Source: an uncultured Alphaproteobacteria bacterium (GTDB taxonomy: Bacteria; Pseudomonadota; Alphaproteobacteria; Caulobacterales; Caulobacteraceae). Taken from it: a DNA stretch of 49,698 bases. The notes beneath the pieces are model-generated. The model saw only the letters and a list, made by a program, of their open reading frames with translations. It made no database searches and was not told where the DNA came from. How positions within the stretch are numbered: position 1 is the first letter of the stretch; each line of letters opens with the position of its first letter. Made by a program: the position numbers and the translations under genes. Shown here piece after piece: positions 11,845-21,780 of this stretch. The stretch is from contig CAIZKE010000208.1 of NCBI GenBank assembly GCA_903933475.1, positions 1-49,698 of the forward strand, read 5' to 3'.

Positions 11845-12015
11845 TCAGCGCGGTGCCGCGCGGAGGTCCGGGGCGGAGACGGGTGGGGGCTGGTGGCCGA
11901 CGCCGAGGCTGGCGGCGGTGAGCAGCACGGCGGCGATAAGGGCTGCAACGACCCCGTACTCAACCACCGGCGCGGAGGCCTCCTCACGGAGAACCCTTGC
12001 GAGTAACCTGGACAT
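11845..12015 (-). CDS. Flp/Fap type IVb pilin-like peptide, degenerate (possible pseudogene)
   Basis: MSRLLARVLREEASAPVVEYGVVAALIAAVLL: basic leader, EY motif and hydrophobic helix of Flp pilins. The -1 Gly is Ser and the C-terminus is Pro-rich. RBS GGAGA lies upstream. Confidence 0.6.
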   Translation of the reverse strand: MSRLLARVLREEASAPVVEYGVVAALIAAVLLTAASLGVGHQPPPVSAPDLRAAPR

Positions 12016-12110
12016 TCTGTTCTCCCGTGTCACGGGAGGGCGGGAGTCCCCACGCCCCGGCTGAGCCTTTCGGCTTCCCCGCGCACTCAGGGCAACCTTG
12101 TCGCAATGAA

Positions 12111-12184
12111 GTTAACGATAAGTAAACTGTACGGTCGCTTTGCAAGAGTCCGTTAGTTAACCTTCATGAATAATTATGGTTAAC
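12111..12184. promoter_or_regulatory. CtrA-like binding sites upstream of the pilin
   Basis: AT-rich patch with TTAA-CGATAAG-TAAAC (12112-12127; near TTAA-N7-TTAAC) and GTTAAC half-sites at 12111, 12156 and 12179. Confidence 0.6.
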
Positions 12185-12208
12185 AATAAAGGATGCGATC
12201 GCGATCCT

Positions 12209-13672
12209 TCAGGACTCAATTGACTTGCCGCCGCCCCGGACAAAACTGAGGCCGACCAGGCCAACAGCCAGGAGGATCGTGACCGTGGCGAAGCCCCCCT
12301 GCTGGGTTTGGGTCAGGTTGGTGCCGAGATTGACCATCATGGGGCCCAGCCATCCGGTCGCCACCCCGGACAGGGCATAGACTCCGAAGAAGGCGCCGGT
12401 CTTCTCCGGGGGCGTCAGGCGGGTCAGCATGGTGCGGGCGGACGCGTACTGGGCGGTGATGAAGACCGCATTCACGAAGCCGATCAGAAGGAAGACCACC
12501 TCGGGCAGGGTCCGGAAGACCGGCCCGTCCCAGACCGGCGGCTGGGCCGAGGGATCAAACGACCAGAAGTAGAGGATGCGGGTCGGCGACATGCCCAGCA
12601 TGCAGACAATGCCCAGGATCGACATCAGGATGGCGATCCGCAGCGAGTTCTTGGGCCCCAGGGCCGCATCCATCCACCGACCGACGAAACCGCCCAGGAC
12701 CGCGAGGATGGACAGGAGGATACCGTAGCCCAGCATTTCGAGGGCTTGCCACTTCATCACCCCCACGGCGTAGATGCCGGCATAGATCAGGACGGCGTTC
12801 ATGCCATCGACGAAGGCCATCCGGCTGAGCAGGTAGATGGCCGCATCGCGGTAGCGCCCTACGGTCGACAGCATTTCCCAAAGCTGGCGGGCACCGTTCC
12901 GGAAGGCCTTGAGGACCGGCACCCCGGTGGACGGGGCGTCCGGTGTGAAGAGAAACAGGGGGATGGCGCCGACGGCGAATATGCCCGCCGCCATCACAGC
13001 CACGATCCGCTCATGCTCATGCATGGCCGTGTCCAGGCCGAACAGCGGGGTCTTGGGCACCCAGGCCCAATCGACCTTTCCCGGAAGCGCAAAGGCCCAG
13101 GCCGTGAAGCCGAGGGCCAGCACCGAGAAGCCGTTGCCGAGGGCGAGGGCCAGTCCCGAGGCCTTGTGGGCGGCCTTCATGCCGGCAGCCCGTATCAACA
13201 GGGAGTTGTGCAGCACCTCAGAGAAGGCGAATCCCAGGCCGATCAGGGTGATGAGCAGCATGGTCAGGGTGACGGAAAGCCCACTGCCGTCGGGCTTGGC
13301 CCACCAGAGGGCGATCATCATGGGGACCATGGCCGCCACCACCAGGGCCAGCCAGCCCTTGCGGGGCCCGAGCTGGTCGATGGAGGCCCCGAGGAAGGGC
13401 GCCGTGGCCATGACGATCCAGCCGGAATACTGGCTCCACTGGGAGATGACTGCCTGGCCCCGGACCGGGTCGCCAACCATGACGGACGCCACATAGGGCG
13501 CGAAGATGTAGATGGTGACGAGGATGATGTAGGGGTTGCGTGCGCCTTCGAAGACGGACCAGGAGACGGCACCCCGGTTCATCCGACCGTCGCCAGCCAG
13601 CTCTGACGCCATGGGGGGATCGACAATAGCCCCCGGACCGTGGGCCTCGCCCGTAGGAATGGTCTCGGACAC
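12209..13672 (-). CDS. MFS transporter (UMF1/Atg22-like family)
   Basis: About 12 TM segments, with GASIDQLGPRK and ARTMLTRLTPPEKTGAFFGVYALSG. Start is uncertain: GTG 13672 (with GGGGAAG) or ATG 13612. Confidence 0.85.
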   Translation of the reverse strand: MSETIPTGEAHGPGAIVDPPMASELAGDGRMNRGAVSWSVFEGARNPYIILVTIYIFAPYVASVMVGDPVRGQAVISQWSQYSGWIVMATAPFLGASIDQLGPRKGWLALVVAAMVPMMIALWWAKPDGSGLSVTLTMLLITLIGLGFAFSEVLHNSLLIRAAGMKAAHKASGLALALGNGFSVLALGFTAWAFALPGKVDWAWVPKTPLFGLDTAMHEHERIVAVMAAGIFAVGAIPLFLFTPDAPSTGVPVLKAFRNGARQLWEMLSTVGRYRDAAIYLLSRMAFVDGMNAVLIYAGIYAVGVMKWQALEMLGYGILLSILAVLGGFVGRWMDAALGPKNSLRIAILMSILGIVCMLGMSPTRILYFWSFDPSAQPPVWDGPVFRTLPEVVFLLIGFVNAVFITAQYASARTMLTRLTPPEKTGAFFGVYALSGVATGWLGPMMVNLGTNLTQTQQGGFATVTILLAVGLVGLSFVRGGGKSIES

Positions 13673-13844
13673 GCGGCTTCCCCCTGATGCCGGCGTCTGA
13701 TGCGCCGGACCTGAGGACCCTACTCCAACGCCCCGGCTTGTGGAGTCGGAAAGGACCGAGGCCGTCTCCCCGGGAACGCGGACTCGACTCCCCGGCAGAC
13801 CGGTTGGAAGATGCATCTCCAATCCAGACAACGGGGAAACGCAG

Positions 13845-14723
13845 ATGGGACTTCTCGACGGCAAGGTGGCCATCATCACGGGCGCAGGCGGCGGGCTTGG
13901 CGAGGCCTATGCGCGGCTGTTTGCCCGCGAGGGCGCGGCCGTGGTGGTCAATGACCTGGGCGGAGCCCGGGATGGCTCGGGCGACGGCTCCGTCAGCGCG
14001 GCCCAGATGGTGGTCAACGCCATCCTCGCCGAGGGAGGTCGGGCCGTTGCGAACGCCGACGACGTGTCCACAATGGCCGGGGGCGAGAACATCCTGAAGA
14101 CGGCCCTCGACGCCTTCGGCCAGGTCGATATCCTCGTCTGCAATGCCGGTATCCTGAGGGACAAGTCCTTCGCGAACACGTCGGAGGCGGACTGGGACCT
14201 CGTGGTCAAGGTACACCTGAAGGGCACCTACTGCTGCACCATGCCGGTCTGGAAGTGGCTGAAGGACAATGGCCGGCAGGGGGTCATTGTCATGACCAGC
14301 TCCACCTCGGGCCTATACGGCAATTTCGGCCAGTCGAACTACGGGGCGGCCAAGGCGGGCATCTACGGCTTCATGCGGGTGCTGGCCATCGAGGGCCGCA
14401 AGTACGGCATCCGGGTCATGGGCCTTGCGCCCGGCGCCTTCACGCGCATGACCTCCGACCTGCCCGGACGGGCCGGCCGCGACCCGGATCCGCTGAGCCT
14501 GCCCGAGAACGTGGCCCCCGGCGTGCTCTACATGGTCTCGGACCTGGCCGCCGACCACACCGGCAAGGTGCTGGGCGTCTCCTCCCGCGGCGTCCGCGAG
14601 ATCAAGATGCTGGAGACCGAGGGTTTCCAGCCGGGCCGGCCCTACACCGCCCAGGAGGTGGCCGAGCACGCCAGACAGGTCTTCTTCGCTGAAAGCCAGA
14701 CCCGTACGGCGCCCGCGAGCTGA
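13845..14723 (+). CDS. Short-chain dehydrogenase/reductase (MFE-2/hydroxyacyl-CoA dehydrogenase-like)
   Basis: TGAGGGLG, VNDLG, NAGILRD, and GNFGQSNYGAAK (YxxxK). Confidence 0.9.
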   Translation: MGLLDGKVAIITGAGGGLGEAYARLFAREGAAVVVNDLGGARDGSGDGSVSAAQMVVNAILAEGGRAVANADDVSTMAGGENILKTALDAFGQVDILVCNAGILRDKSFANTSEADWDLVVKVHLKGTYCCTMPVWKWLKDNGRQGVIVMTSSTSGLYGNFGQSNYGAAKAGIYGFMRVLAIEGRKYGIRVMGLAPGAFTRMTSDLPGRAGRDPDPLSLPENVAPGVLYMVSDLAADHTGKVLGVSSRGVREIKMLETEGFQPGRPYTAQEVAEHARQVFFAESQTRTAPAS

Positions 14724-14750
14724 AGCGCCGCCGCCTTCAGTCCGGAGGGC

Positions 14751-15353
14751 TCAGGCCTCTGGCCCGAAGGCGGCGAGCCTTTGGTCCAACGTCTCGCGGA
14801 CGCCGGGCCATTCGGGAGCGATGACCGAGTAAACGGCCGTGCTGCGCCGGCGGCCGGTCCAGATGATCCGCTCCCACCTCTGGATCCCCTCGAAGGTCGC
14901 GCCCAGCTTGAGTACCGCCGCGCGAGAGCGGGCGTTGATCTCGTCGACGTGGAACTGGACCCGGCAGAAGCCGGCGTCGAAGGCCTCCCCCATCAGCAGG
15001 CGCTTGGCCGAGGGGTTGACCGGTCCGCCCCTGGCCTCGGGGGCGTAGTAGGTCAGGCCGATCTCAAGGCTTTCATTGGCCTGGTCGATCTTCAGGAAGG
15101 CGGTAATGCCAACGCAGCGGCCTTCCTGAAGTACGGCGAAATGGTGCGCTGCGCCGGAGTCGCGGTCAGCGATGCGCTTTCCCGTCCAAAACTGGTCGAA
15201 AGGCGCACCCACCAGGGACAGGGAATAAAGCTCGCGCCAGACGTCGGGATCTGCGGCGCAGGCGGCGCGGAGGGGTTCGCGGTGGACCTCCGACAGCGGT
15301 TCCAGGGTCACGAAGGCGTTGGCCAGGGGGCGGTGGGGGAAGTCCTTGATCAT
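14751..15353 (-). CDS. GNAT family N-acetyltransferase (RimJ/RimL type)
   Basis: EIGLTYY...NARSRAAVLKLGATFEG...VYSVI pattern. Confidence 0.85.
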   Translation of the reverse strand: MIKDFPHRPLANAFVTLEPLSEVHREPLRAACAADPDVWRELYSLSLVGAPFDQFWTGKRIADRDSGAAHHFAVLQEGRCVGITAFLKIDQANESLEIGLTYYAPEARGGPVNPSAKRLLMGEAFDAGFCRVQFHVDEINARSRAAVLKLGATFEGIQRWERIIWTGRRRSTAVYSVIAPEWPGVRETLDQRLAAFGPEA

Positions 15354-15496
15354 TCCCCATCCTGCCGCTCCGGGAACGGATTTGCCAACCAGGGTTGAAC
15401 CAGTCCAGGACGCCCGGACCCTGTCCCCAGACGCCCCCCACGGCCACGCCGAGGTCCCGCCGGAGACTGTCCAGGTGCCGAGGTAGGAGCCCCGGC

Positions 15497-15919
15497 CTAC
15501 TTTGTGGGCAGGGCTTCAGCGTTGGTGCAGGCCTGGAGCATCAGGGCCGCATCGTCCGCCCCGTTGGCCTTCTTCGGCACTGCGCTGCGCCAGTCGCCGC
15601 CGATCTCCAGCGGGTTCTTCGGCGAGTAGCTGCCCAAGGACAACAGGTTCTTAGACTTGCAGTCGAGGGCGTAGATGAAGCCCACCCCGTCCGCCGCTCC
15701 GGGTCCCGAGGGTCCCATCCGCGGGCTGGCCCCGACCTTGCCAATGGCCGTCAAGACGACCACCCGGCCCGTCGCGGCGTCCCGGTAGCTGTAGTCGGAG
15801 TCAAAGGACCACTGCAGTCCCTTGTCGTTCGGCGCGGTATAGGCCGTCCAGGTCTCGGCGGCGGCGGGAAGGGCGAGGGCGAAAACCGACAGGGCGGCGA
15901 TTGCAGGGGCGCGGCGCAT
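15497..15919 (-). CDS. Secreted hypothetical protein
   Basis: Signal-peptide-like N-terminus (ALPAAA|ETW), two Cys, and RBS AAGGA. Confidence 0.7.
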   Translation of the reverse strand: MRRAPAIAALSVFALALPAAAETWTAYTAPNDKGLQWSFDSDYSYRDAATGRVVVLTAIGKVGASPRMGPSGPGAADGVGFIYALDCKSKNLLSLGSYSPKNPLEIGGDWRSAVPKKANGADDAALMLQACTNAEALPTK

Positions 15920-16020
15920 GGGCGTTTCCTTGTTCAGGCGTCAAAGCTGGGGCGGACCTTAGCGGCGGGGGCGCCGGGCGCGCAACCGGAACAGACAGAG
16001 ACGAATTGACCGGCGCGCCG

Positions 16021-16050
16021 CTTGACTCTGCCGGACCGGGCGCCTAACTC
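16021..16050 (+). promoter_or_regulatory. Putative sigma32 (RpoH)-type promoter of groESL
   Basis: CTTGAC at 16021 and CCTAAC at 16043 resemble the alphaproteobacterial RpoH consensus; directly upstream of the CIRCE-like site. Confidence 0.55.
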
Positions 16051-16059
16051 CCGGTCCCC

Positions 16060-16086
16060 TTAGCACTCGTGAGCGGCGGCTGCCAA
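16060..16086 (+). promoter_or_regulatory. CIRCE-like HrcA operator
   Basis: TTAGCACTC-N9-GGCTGCCAA versus consensus TTAGCACTC-N9-GAGTGCTAA. Left arm is perfect, right arm matches 6/9. Upstream of groES. Confidence 0.8.
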
Positions 16087-16144
16087 AATCGGCACCGCGT
16101 CTGCGGATTTCAATAACCCTCGTCCTAAACGGAGAGACCAAAAC

Positions 16145-18131
<1,987 letters not shown>

Positions 18132-18154
18132 TCCAGGTCGTTTCCCGAAAGACC

Positions 18155-18188
18155 AGGGGGTGGGGCTTCAGGCTCCGCCCCCTTTTTC
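18155..18188 (+). terminator. Rho-independent terminator of groESL
   Basis: AGGGGGTGGGGC-TTCAG-GCTCCGCCCCCT hairpin followed by a T run. Confidence 0.85.
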
Positions 18189-18199
18189 GTGTCCGGACG

Positions 18200-18568
18200 T
18201 CAGCTGGACCGGTTGTTCAGGCGCTTCAGGTCGCCCAGCAGCAGGGTGCCCGCCCAGCTGGTGAGTCCGGTGATGATCGCCACCAGCAATCCCGGCAAGA
18301 AGCCTGCGACATGGAAGCCGGGCAGAATCCTCGAGACCAGCAGGATCATGGCCGCATTGATCACCAGCAGGAACAATCCGAAGGTCAGGACGGTGATGGG
18401 CAGGGTGAGAATGACCAGCAGGGGTCTCAGCAGGGCGTTGACCACCCCGAGCAGCAATGCGGCCAGGAAGAGGGTCGTAGGCACATCATAGGTGACGCCG
18501 GGAACAAGCCGGGAAGCGATGGCCAGTCCAAAGGCGGCGAAGACCGCGCGAAGCAGGAAGTGCAGCAT
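18200..18568 (-). CDS. YvlD-like 4-TM membrane protein (phage holin family 4 / DUF360)
   Basis: GVVNALLRPLL...LTLPITVLTFGLFLLVINA signature. Confidence 0.85.
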   Translation of the reverse strand: MLHFLLRAVFAAFGLAIASRLVPGVTYDVPTTLFLAALLLGVVNALLRPLLVILTLPITVLTFGLFLLVINAAMILLVSRILPGFHVAGFLPGLLVAIITGLTSWAGTLLLGDLKRLNNRSS

Positions 18569-18723
18569 ATCGGATCTCCGGGCGTTCCGTTCAGCGACGC
18601 CATGGCCAAGGAGTCCGCCACCGGACCTGCAAAGGCAACCCCCGGATGGCCCCTTATGGTCGGTGCCACATTGACGCCGCCTCCAGACCGTTCTGTCCTT
18701 CCACCGAACCGGGAGTCCGCATC

Positions 18724-19407
18724 ATGAGTCGTTTCCCATCTCGCTGTCCGGGGGTCCTCGACGGACTTGGCCTCGGCCTCGGGCTGGGGCTGGCCCTCGC
18801 CTTGGTGGGGCCGGTCTCTGCCGCGCCTTTGGCCGCCCAGGGGCCACAGGCGAAGGTACCGGACTCGGCGTCAGGCCTGTTCGTCAGCCCCTTCGGCGAG
18901 CCCTTTCGTTCTTCCCACGGACTTGCGGACTGGTTCGCCGGTGCGGATGGCGACCATGACGGCGTCCTGACCCTCAAGGAGTTCACCGCCGACGGACTGC
19001 GCTTCCTGACCGTGCTCGACACCGACAAGGACGGCCGGGTCGACGGTTTCGAGAATACGACCTACGAAAATGAGGTCGCGCCTGAGATCCTGCCCCAGTC
19101 CGCTGCCTTCCGGCCGGGCCGAGAGGATGACGAGGGGGCGGGGGCCCGGGCGCCCCGAGCCCGCGGCCTGGAGGGCGCCTCGACCTTCGGCCTGCTGGAC
19201 GAACCCCAGCCCGTCCGAGGCGCTGACCTGAACTATGACGGCAAGATCACCGCCGCCGAACAGGCCAAGGCCGCAGCCCGCAGGTTCGCGATCCTCGATC
19301 CGGAAGCAACCGGCGAACTCGTCCTGCCGGCCCTGCAGTCAAGGATGACCGCCCGCCAGGTGCCGCCGAACAGCTTCGGGCGCTTTTTCAGGCGGCGGCA
19401 GGACTGA
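18724..19407 (+). CDS. Secreted EF-hand domain protein
   Basis: Signal-like hydrophobic stretch, SPFGEPFR, and the loops DGDHDGVLTLKEF, DTDKDGRVDGFEN and DLNYDGKITAAEQ. Start uncertain. Confidence 0.75.
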   Translation: MSRFPSRCPGVLDGLGLGLGLGLALALVGPVSAAPLAAQGPQAKVPDSASGLFVSPFGEPFRSSHGLADWFAGADGDHDGVLTLKEFTADGLRFLTVLDTDKDGRVDGFENTTYENEVAPEILPQSAAFRPGREDDEGAGARAPRARGLEGASTFGLLDEPQPVRGADLNYDGKITAAEQAKAAARRFAILDPEATGELVLPALQSRMTARQVPPNSFGRFFRRRQD

Positions 19408-20224
19408 GGTCGGGGACCGTCTCGGCCAGGCGCCCGCCGATCCGGATAGGCGCGATGCGGCGGGCCAGGCCCGTGGCGTCGTCGGTTTCCACGAAGACGC
19501 CGCAGACCGTCGCGGGCCCCTCCGCCGGGCGGAAGCGACCACCGGAAATCCGGGTGGTGAATCGCCGGATCGGTTCTTCCTTCATGTTGCCGATGACGCT
19601 GTCATAGTCGGCGCAGGCGCCTGCGTCGGTCTGGTATGCGGTGCCCCCCGGCAGGATCTGGGCATCGGCGGTGGGGACGTGGGTATGGGTCCCGACCACC
19701 AGGCTGGCCCGCCCATCGCAGAAGTGGCCCATGGCCATCTTCTCCGAGGTGACTTCGGCGTGCATGTCGACCACGATGGCGTCGGCCACCATGCCCAGGG
19801 GCGACTTCTCCAGTTCCCGGTCCACGGCGGCGAAGGGATCGTCCAGGCTGTCCATGTGGATGCGGCCCAGGAGGTTGATCACCAGAATCCGTTGGCCGCG
19901 GCGGGTCTCGAAGAGGTTGGCGCCCAGGCCCGGAGCGTCGGCCAGGACAGGATAGTTCAGGGGCCGGATCAGCCGAGGCTCGCGGACGATGTAGGTCAGG
20001 GCTTCCTTCTGGTCCCAGGCGTGGTTGCCCAGGGTCAGGCAGTCGGCACCGGCGTCGAACAGGTCCCGGGCGGTCCGCTCGGTAATGCCGAAGCCCGCTG
20101 CCGCGTTCTCTGCGTTGATGATGACGAACTCCAGGTCGAGTCGCCGGCGCAGGCCCGGCAGGTGGTCGGCGAGACCGTCCCGGCCGGATTTCCCGACCAC
20201 GTCTCCGAAAAAGGCGAAGCGCAT
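19388..20224 (-). CDS. YmdB/TIGR00282 family metallophosphoesterase
   Basis: GDVVGKSGR, NAENAAAGFG, TLGNH, DMHAEVTSEK and VGTHTHV motifs. Confidence 0.93.
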   Translation of the reverse strand: MRFAFFGDVVGKSGRDGLADHLPGLRRRLDLEFVIINAENAAAGFGITERTARDLFDAGADCLTLGNHAWDQKEALTYIVREPRLIRPLNYPVLADAPGLGANLFETRRGQRILVINLLGRIHMDSLDDPFAAVDRELEKSPLGMVADAIVVDMHAEVTSEKMAMGHFCDGRASLVVGTHTHVPTADAQILPGGTAYQTDAGACADYDSVIGNMKEEPIRRFTTRISGGRFRPAEGPATVCGVFVETDDATGLARRIAPIRIGGRLAETVPDLSPAAA

Positions 20225-20233
20225 TCTGTTCCT

Positions 20234-20818
20234 TCAGGCCTGTGGGAGGCGGCGGTATCCGGCCTCGGTGAGGACGGCGTCAAGAAGCTGATCGTGGGGC
20301 TCAAGGTCAAGCCTGTCCACCTCCTGGCCGGCATAGGCCAGACCGAGGACGAAGACCGGGCCGGTCCGGCGCAGTTCGGCAAGGGCCCTGTCGTAATGCC
20401 CGCCGCCCTGGCCCAGCCGTCCGCCGAAGCGGTCGAAGGCCAGGAGGGGGGCGATCACCAGATCAGGTCTTTTCTCTTCTGCGTCTTGCGACGGCGCCGG
20501 CAGCCCTGAGGCGTCGGGTTCGAGCGGGCCTCCAGGCGGCGCTGAGAGGAACCGCATCCGACCTTCACCCGAGACGTGCGGCAGAAGCCTTTCTGCGCCC
20601 AGGACCATCAGGCGCAGGGCCAAGGGGCCGGAGTCGATCTCGCCGCCGGCCGGGAGGTAGGCCGCGAAGGCGCGAAGCGGGGGTAGGGCTGCGTCCTGAA
20701 GGCACCGGGCAGCCTCTTCACCGGCGTCCGGCCGTGCTGCCGCCAGTTCACGCCTCAACCGCCTGAGCTGTGTGCGCAGGTCCTTGCGTGTGTTCCGTTC
20801 GGCGGGACGGGTCGGCAA
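20234..20818 (-). CDS. 5-formyltetrahydrofolate cyclo-ligase
   Basis: PLLAFDRFGGRLGQGGGHYDR and EPHDQLLD motifs. It follows 6S RNA, as in the ssrS-ygfA arrangement. Start approximate. Confidence 0.9.
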   Translation of the reverse strand: MPTRPAERNTRKDLRTQLRRLRRELAAARPDAGEEAARCLQDAALPPLRAFAAYLPAGGEIDSGPLALRLMVLGAERLLPHVSGEGRMRFLSAPPGGPLEPDASGLPAPSQDAEEKRPDLVIAPLLAFDRFGGRLGQGGGHYDRALAELRRTGPVFVLGLAYAGQEVDRLDLEPHDQLLDAVLTEAGYRRLPQA

Positions 20819-20837
20819 GTGAGGTCCGGAAGATAAG

Positions 20838-20995
20838 GTGGCGGCGCCGCGGGAACCGTGAAGGACTGTTTAATCCCCTCGACCTGGATAACCAGGTGGG
20901 CACCGTGTGCCCGGGTCCACGGACCCGGCCAGGGACAGCTCCCTTTGAGTGAATTAAGGTCGCTGGGATAATTCGCCTTCGACGCGAGCCGCAGC
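20838..20995 (-). ncRNA. ssrS: 6S RNA
   Basis: Sits between zapA and the cyclo-ligase gene (conserved synteny). Extended self-complementarity, including the CCGGGTCC-GT-GGACCCGG hairpin, and AGGGAGCTGTCCCTGG. Ends approximate. Confidence 0.85.
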
Positions 20996-21055
20996 AAGAC
21001 CCGCCGTCTATTAACTTAGGCCACGGGGGGGCCTGCGGCAAGGTGGCCTGGCCAA

Positions 21056-21382
21056 TCAGGCGCCTGCCAGCCTCTCGATTCTTCGCGCGGCGGCCTCCAG
21101 GGCTGCAGTGGCCCGGCTTTCCGCCGAGCCGGCCTCGGCCTGAAGCCGGGCGTGGTCGGCCTCCAGCCCGGAGACACGTCCGCGCAAATCCGACAGTTCG
21201 TCCGCCAGGAGCAGGGCGGCCATCAGGAAGAGCCGGGTCTCGCCCAGCTGGCCGACATCCTGCGATACCTGCCGCACCTGGGTGTCGAAGAGCTTCGCCA
21301 GCTCGGTCAGGTGGGCTTCCTGGCCGTCCTCGCAGCCAACCACATAGGGCCGGCCGTTCACGCTGAGGGTTACCTGGGCCAT
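21056..21382 (-). CDS. zapA: Cell division protein ZapA
   Basis: MAQVTLSVNGRPYVVGCEDGQEAHL...RLFLMAALLLADE. Confidence 0.93.
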   Translation of the reverse strand: MAQVTLSVNGRPYVVGCEDGQEAHLTELAKLFDTQVRQVSQDVGQLGETRLFLMAALLLADELSDLRGRVSGLEADHARLQAEAGSAESRATAALEAAARRIERLAGA

Positions 21383-21385
21383 GGT

Positions 21386-21649
21386 TCAGCCTCCCCGTCC
21401 GGTGTCGAGCAGGGCCTCGATCTCGGCAATCGCATTCCCGAGGGCCCGGGACGCCTCCGCCCCCGCCGCCGCCAGTGCGCCTTCGCGCTCGCGGCTGCGC
21501 TCGAGCTCTGCCGCCAGACCGTTCCGAGCGGGATCAAAGAGTTCGCCGGCGCCTGCGGAGGACCGCCCCGCCAACGCCTGCTCGAGCAGGGCAAGGGCGC
21601 GGTCCAGGCGGCGCGCGGCCTGGTCAAGAGGGGATTCGTCCTGGGCCAT
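21386..21649 (-). CDS. Small coiled-coil protein (DUF4164/ZauP-like, ZapA partner)
   Basis: 87-aa coiled coil directly upstream of zapA and divergent from tkt, the usual alphaproteobacterial arrangement. Confidence 0.7.
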   Translation of the reverse strand: MAQDESPLDQAARRLDRALALLEQALAGRSSAGAGELFDPARNGLAAELERSREREGALAAAGAEASRALGNAIAEIEALLDTGRGG

Positions 21650-21780
21650 GGGGGACTCCGGAGGTTGTCAGAACTGTATAGCGCCATCCGGCGCGCCGCC
21701 GGAACCACTTACGTTTCTTGACCCTTCCGATCCCCTGTGCGAGGCCCAACTTCCTTTCCGCCGCCAACCGGATTCCCGCC

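Noticed and set aside
18200-18568. Holin-family gene as evidence of a prophage
   Set aside because: YvlD-like proteins are common chromosomal membrane proteins, and there are no other phage genes in the window.
20748-21041. Short ORFs between zapA and the cyclo-ligase gene
   Set aside because: The interval is explained by 6S RNA.
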